From positions 2,865,937 through 2,906,647 of the forward strand of contig NC_068989.1 of the NCBI RefSeq assembly GCF_001194135.2: a stretch of 40,711 nt of DNA, read 5' to 3'. The translations under genes were made by a program, and so were the position numbers. The notes under the pieces are model-generated. The model had not been told where the DNA came from. It made no database searches and worked only from the letters and a program-made list of their open reading frames with translations. Each line of letters opens with the position of its first letter. Positions within the stretch are counted from its first letter, which is position 1. The DNA is from Octopus bimaculoides. Taxonomy: Eukaryota. Below, piece by piece: positions 36,120 to 40,711 of the stretch.

Positions 36120-36315
36120 TTCCCCCACCACCACCACCACTTGACAACCAGTGTTGGTTTGTTTATGTCCTGATAAATCAACATTTTGGCAAAAGAAACT
36201 GATAGACTAAGCACCAGACAAGCAAAACAAATACGTACTGGGGTCAACTTATTCGCCCAAACCCTTAAAGGTGGTGCCCCAGCATGGCCATAGTGCACTG
36301 ACTAAAACTAACATA
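36120..36315 (+). mobile_element. SINE family A, 3' half, old
   Basis: cacttgacaaccagtgttgg...ctggggtcaactta...ggtggtgccccagcatggcc. Confidence 0.75.
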
Positions 36316-36770
36316 AAAAAAAATTATATAGTTTCTAAGACTATTATTAACCCCAGCTTAAAATATGAAAATTCTTTCAATATTTATAAATATACATTTT
36401 TTTTTTGTTGTTTTTTTGTGTTCCAGTTCAATTCTCAGGAGGGAAATGAAATGATGGTGGCAGTAGGAGTGTATGAATGATAAGACATCATTTCAAGTCT
36501 TAAAAGGTATAAGTTTCTATGTCTTCAAACCATGTTTATAGATTTCAGTCTGTCACTGCTTGAGTGAGCTTAGTGCTGGATGAGAGCTGTCTGAGGTTAT
36601 TCTGAGGTTATGTTTATAAATAGTGCAGAAAAATGTGAAATAGAAATAGTGTAAAAATACATTGGTAGCATACCCCAAATATTGACCTGGAATTCTCTTC
36701 TTTATAAATGTTGTATATGCATCTATACTTCTATTTAAAACATCAGATCATTACAACCTGTTCTTTCACT

Positions 36771-36808
36771 ATCCATCCATCCATCCATCCAACTATCTAT
36801 GTATCCAC

Positions 36809-36862
<54 letters not shown>

Positions 36863-37110
36863 GCCTGTCTGTCTGTCTATCTAGCTATCTGTCNNNNNNN
36901 NNNATCTAGCTATCTGTCTATCCATCTATCTATCCGTCTATCTATCTATCCATCTATCCGTCTATCTATCTATCTATCTATCTATATATATATATATATC
37001 TATCTGTCTATCCGTCTATCTATCTATCTGACTGTCCGTCCGTCCATCCATCTATCTATCAGTCTATCTATCCATCTATCAAGCTATCAGTCTATTCATC
37101 CATCCATCTA
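36771..37110. repeat. Compound (CCAT)n/(CTAT)n/(CTGT)n tetranucleotide array with 10-N gap (36894-36903)
   Basis: Direct reading. Confidence 0.95.
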
Positions 37111-37287
37111 TCTCGACATATATGTATATGTACATATATATGTATATGTACATATATATGTATATGTACATATATATATATATAAATATATATTTACATA
37201 TACACACACACGCATGCTATATTATATATATAGATATACAAGCATTATCTATCTGTCTATCTATCCACATACACATACACATACATG

Positions 37288-37526
37288 TATTCTTTTATTC
37301 TTTTACTTGTTTCAGTCATTTGACTGCAGCCATGCTGGAGCACCGCCTTTAGTCAAGCAAATCGACCGCAGGACTTTGTAAGCCTAGTACTTATTCGATT
37401 AGTCTCTTTTGCCAAACTGCTAAGTTACGAGGACGTAAACACACCAGCATCGGTTGTCAAGTGATGTTGGGAGCGACAAATACAGACACACAAACATATA
37501 CACACATATACATACATACATATATA
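37288..37526 (-). mobile_element. SINE family A, 3' half, runs into gap
   Basis: tcttttacttgtttcagtcatttgactgcagccatgctggagcaccgcc...gcatcggttgtcaag...(CA/TA)n. Confidence 0.9.
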
Positions 37527-37866
37527 NNNNNNNNNNNNNNNNNNNNNNNNNNNNNNNNNNNNNNNNNNNNNNNNNNNNNNNNNNNNNNNNNNNNNNNNNN
37601 NNNNNNNNNNNNNNNNNNNNNNNNNNNNNNNNNNNNNNNNNNNNNNNNNNNNNNNNNNNNNNNNNNNNNNNNNNNNNNNNNNNNNNNNNNNNNNNNNNNN
37701 NNNNNNNNNNNNNNNNNNNNNNNNNNNNNNNNNNNNNNNNNNNNNNNNNNNNNNNNNNNNNNNNNNNNNNNNNNNNNNNNNNNNNNNNNNNNNNNNNNNN
37801 NNNNNNNNNNNNNNNNNNNNNNNNNNNNNNNNNNNNNNNNNNNNNNNNNNNNNNNNNNNNNNNNNN
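37527..37866. other. Assembly gap (N run)
   Basis: N characters. Confidence 1.
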
Positions 37867-37891
37867 CTGAAAGAAGCCCGTCGTATATATG

Positions 37892-37948
<57 letters not shown>

Positions 37949-38122
37949 ATGTTTGTGTGTCTGTGTTTGTCCCCCCCACCATCGCTTGACAACCAATGCT
38001 GGTGTGTTTACGTCCCCGTAACTTAACGGTTCGGCAAAAAGAGACCGATAGAATAAGTACTAGGCTTACAAAGAATAAGTCCTGGGGTCAATTTTCTCGA
38101 CTGACTGAAACAAGTAAAAGAG
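37867..38122 (+). mobile_element. SINE family A, 3' two-thirds, emerges from gap, with internal deletion near the tail
   Basis: ctgaaagaagcccgtcg...(TA)n(TG)n...gcttgacaacc...gtcctggggtcaattttctcgact|gactgaaacaagtaaaagag. Confidence 0.9.
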
Positions 38123-38132
38123 AAAATATATC

Positions 38133-38259
38133 CAGGGTGTCCACAAAGTCTGGGTACATGGGGATTAACACATACTTTAAGAAATTATTATTTCTTATAT
38201 TTAATTGTTTATGTTATGATTTTATTTACTCTATGTACCCAGACCTTGTGGACACCCTG
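38133..38259. mobile_element. Tc1/mariner-type MITE, 127 bp, 27-bp TIRs
   Basis: Left end cagggtgtccacaaagtctgggtacat; right end atgtacccagaccttgtggacaccctg (1 mismatch). TA on the right flank, AT-rich spacer. Confidence 0.85.
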
Positions 38260-38892
38260 TATATATATGTATATATATATATATAAATGTGTGTGAGTGT
38301 GTGTATAACATATATAGGTGTAAGGTACTGAAGTGAGTGTCTCACCTGCATTGTTTTTACACTGAGGCTGGGTACAATAACAACAGGAAATGGAACACAT
38401 GACTAGCCAACAGTAAAATCCAAGAACTAAAGAGTGTTGTCCTTGCCAAATACTAAGTATATTCCGTGTGACACCCACCTTCCCTTTCTTACCCTCACAC
38501 ACACGCACATGCACAGTTTTCTCTTTCACATACACACATACGTACGTTTACGCATACTTACACATACATATGCTATTACAACAACAACAACTGCAATAAT
38601 GAGAAGGTTGTGTACAAATAAACAGCAACTCAGATTAGGAGTTAGTAATTAACTTGCATTTATTGATGCTTACATATGCACTCACACATACAAACACACA
38701 GAGGCAGACACACACACACACACACACAGCATATAGATGTGCATGGATGGGTTCTGGGAAGCTGTAGATGGCAGATCTCAGCATTATGTAATCTCTGTGT
38801 GTGTTACAGCGAATAGGCATGTGTGTAATTTAGGCTATTAAGTCACCCCCCCACCACCACTTCTATTAATGAGAGACGCTTAAACACTGAAG

Positions 38893-38895
<3 letters not shown>

Positions 38896-38990
<95 letters not shown>

Positions 38991-39002
38991 GAGAGAGAGA
39001 GA
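38896..39002. repeat. (GA)n microsatellite of about 105 bp with one interruption
   Basis: Direct reading. Confidence 0.98.
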
Positions 39003-39226
39003 TGGAAGAACAGAATTAAATAGAGTTAAGTATGTTCCATTGTTTCATTTTGTCAATAAAAGATTATATGAACCAGACAGAGAAAGAGAGAGAGAGAGAG
39101 AGGAAGAAAGTGGGAGGGAGAGAGAGAGGGGGAGAAAGAGGGAAGAAGAGAGAGAGAGAATGAGACGTGTGGGTGTATATAGACATAGGAAAAGGAAAGA
39201 AATTCACTTCAGTTAGTGTGTGTGTG

Positions 39227-39258
<32 letters not shown>

Positions 39259-39282
39259 AACATACACACACCTATATATATA

Positions 39283-39700
39283 GGTGCAGGAGTGGCTGTG
39301 TGGTAAGTAGCTTGCTTACCACCCACATGGTTCCAATTTCATCCCACTGCGTGGCACCTTGGGCAAGTGTCTTCTACTATGGCCTTGGGCCGACCAAAGC
39401 CTTGTGAGTGGATTTGGTAGACGGAAACTGAAAGAAGCCCATTGTATATATGTATAAATATATATATATATATGTATGTGTGTGTATATGTTTGTGTGTC
39501 TGTGTTCGTCCCCGTAAACATTGCTTGACAACTGATGCTGGTGTGTTTACGTCCCCGTAACTTAGCGGTTCGGCAAAAGCAACCGATAAAATAACTACTA
39601 GTCTTACAAAGAATAAGTCCTGGGGTCGATTTGCGCGACTAAAGACGGTGCTCCAGCATGGCCGCAGTCAAATGACTGAAACAAGCAAAAGAGTAAAGAG
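39283..39700 (+). mobile_element. SINE family A, full-length reference copy
   Basis: ggtgcaggagtggctgtgtgg (A-box-like); CORE-like ggcaccttgggcaagtgtcttc; central (TA)n(TG)n; ctggggtcgatttgcgcgact; tail gactgaaacaagcaaaagagtaaagag. Confidence 0.92.
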
Positions 39701-40466
39701 ATATATACTACCTCCTCCTCTTCATTTAACACTTTTCCTGCTGGTGTGGGTTTGTGGTTTGTGTGTGTGTGTGTATTTAGTATTCTTCAACAAGAGTTAA
39801 CACTGACAGTGACTTCAAAGTAATCTTTTTTAAAAGATACCATACAATCTTTTAGTTTAATGTAAAATAGTTTTCCTTATAACTTAACATAAAAACAAAC
39901 ATTTACACCACATACACACACCTATGTATTTATATATATATGCACACGTACACGAGTGAGTGGACAAACGAAAGAAAGGTACTCAAGCAAGTTATTGGGA
40001 GTTACATGTACGGATCAAAACAATTTGATTCAAATTCTTTGGTACTCTTGAGTTTCAAGTGTGATGATTGTCATGAGCCGTTTTGAATTTCAATGACAGA
40101 AGTAGATTGTTATTACCAATCTACAATTGGTCGATGAAGATCACGCGATGTCATGGTTTGATGTTGGGTTAACAGTTAATTGGAAAACACCACATGGTGA
40201 ACAGGAAACTGATGACACAGAGGTCAATAAATATAATGTTGACCAATCTGTTCAATGAACAAATAGATCAATGTGTAATTTTATAATGACCTACTTTTCC
40301 CTGATGATATTTTGCTCATGACTTATAAATGCAAATTTAGTGCATAAATTTGTAATTTATTTAATGAGTACAACTGGTAATAGCTGTAGGAAGAAATGAT
40401 TATCAATTTATTAATAAATAAATATTAATCAATAACACTCATTTTCTTCTCTTAATTTTATATATA

Positions 40467-40711
40467 TCATCATCATCATCATCATCGTTTAACGTCCGCT
40501 TTCCATGCTAGCATGGGTTGGACGATTTGACTGAGGACTGGTGAAACCGGATGGCAACACCAGGCTCCAGTCTGATTTGGCAGAGTTTCTACAGCTGGAT
40601 GCCCTTCCTAACGCCAACCACTCAGAGAGTGTAGTGGGTGCTTTTACGTGTCACCCGCACGAAAACGGCCACGCTCGAAATGGTGTCTTTTATGTGCCAC
40701 CCGCACAAGCC
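40467..40711 (-). mobile_element. SINE family N (Nin/Inv-like), young, continues past the window end
   Basis: Minus strand contains ggttggcgttaggaagggcatccagctgtagaaa (Nin/Inv-like motif as I recall it) and ends ggacgttaaacgatgatgatgat. Confidence 0.85.

Noticed and set aside
36879-36918. atctagctatctgtc duplicated on both sides of a 10-N gap
   Set aside because: Most likely an unmerged contig overlap.
1-40711. CRISPR arrays, operons or other prokaryotic systems
   Set aside because: No regularly spaced repeat-spacer array and no gene-dense coding. The sequence is eukaryotic repeat-rich DNA.

Overview
AT-rich, microsatellite-laden animal genomic DNA from a gapped draft assembly with six N-runs. 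The SINE families present most resemble those I recall from Octopus; this species assignment is from memory, not a search. No protein-coding gene can be confidently called, and nearly all ORFs in the track are microsatellite or gap artefacts or fall inside repeats. The window is dominated by four recurrent SINE-like families. Family A has a tRNA-like head, a CORE-like segment and an internal (TA/TG)n tract. Family K has a tRNA-like head with widely spaced boxes. Family B is Meta-domain-like. Family N is Nin/Inv-like with a (GAT)n tail. There is also an unclassified ~170-200 bp repeat (family C, about 15 copies), a decayed L1/Tx1-clade LINE ORF2 fragment (25.5-26.9 kb, minus), a Tc1/mariner-type MITE and a hAT-type MITE. 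The most notable observation is a minimal type-I hammerhead ribozyme fold of the Penelope-associated kind (30482-30542, minus, with a U4C core change) bracketed by perfect 25-bp inverted repeats. The second is a drop in CpG content from about 28.4 kb rightwards that coincides with a chain of plus-strand segments bounded by strong splice sites but lacking a long ORF; this could be a lncRNA or a multi-exon 5' UTR. Family names and boundaries were assigned by eye and are approximate.
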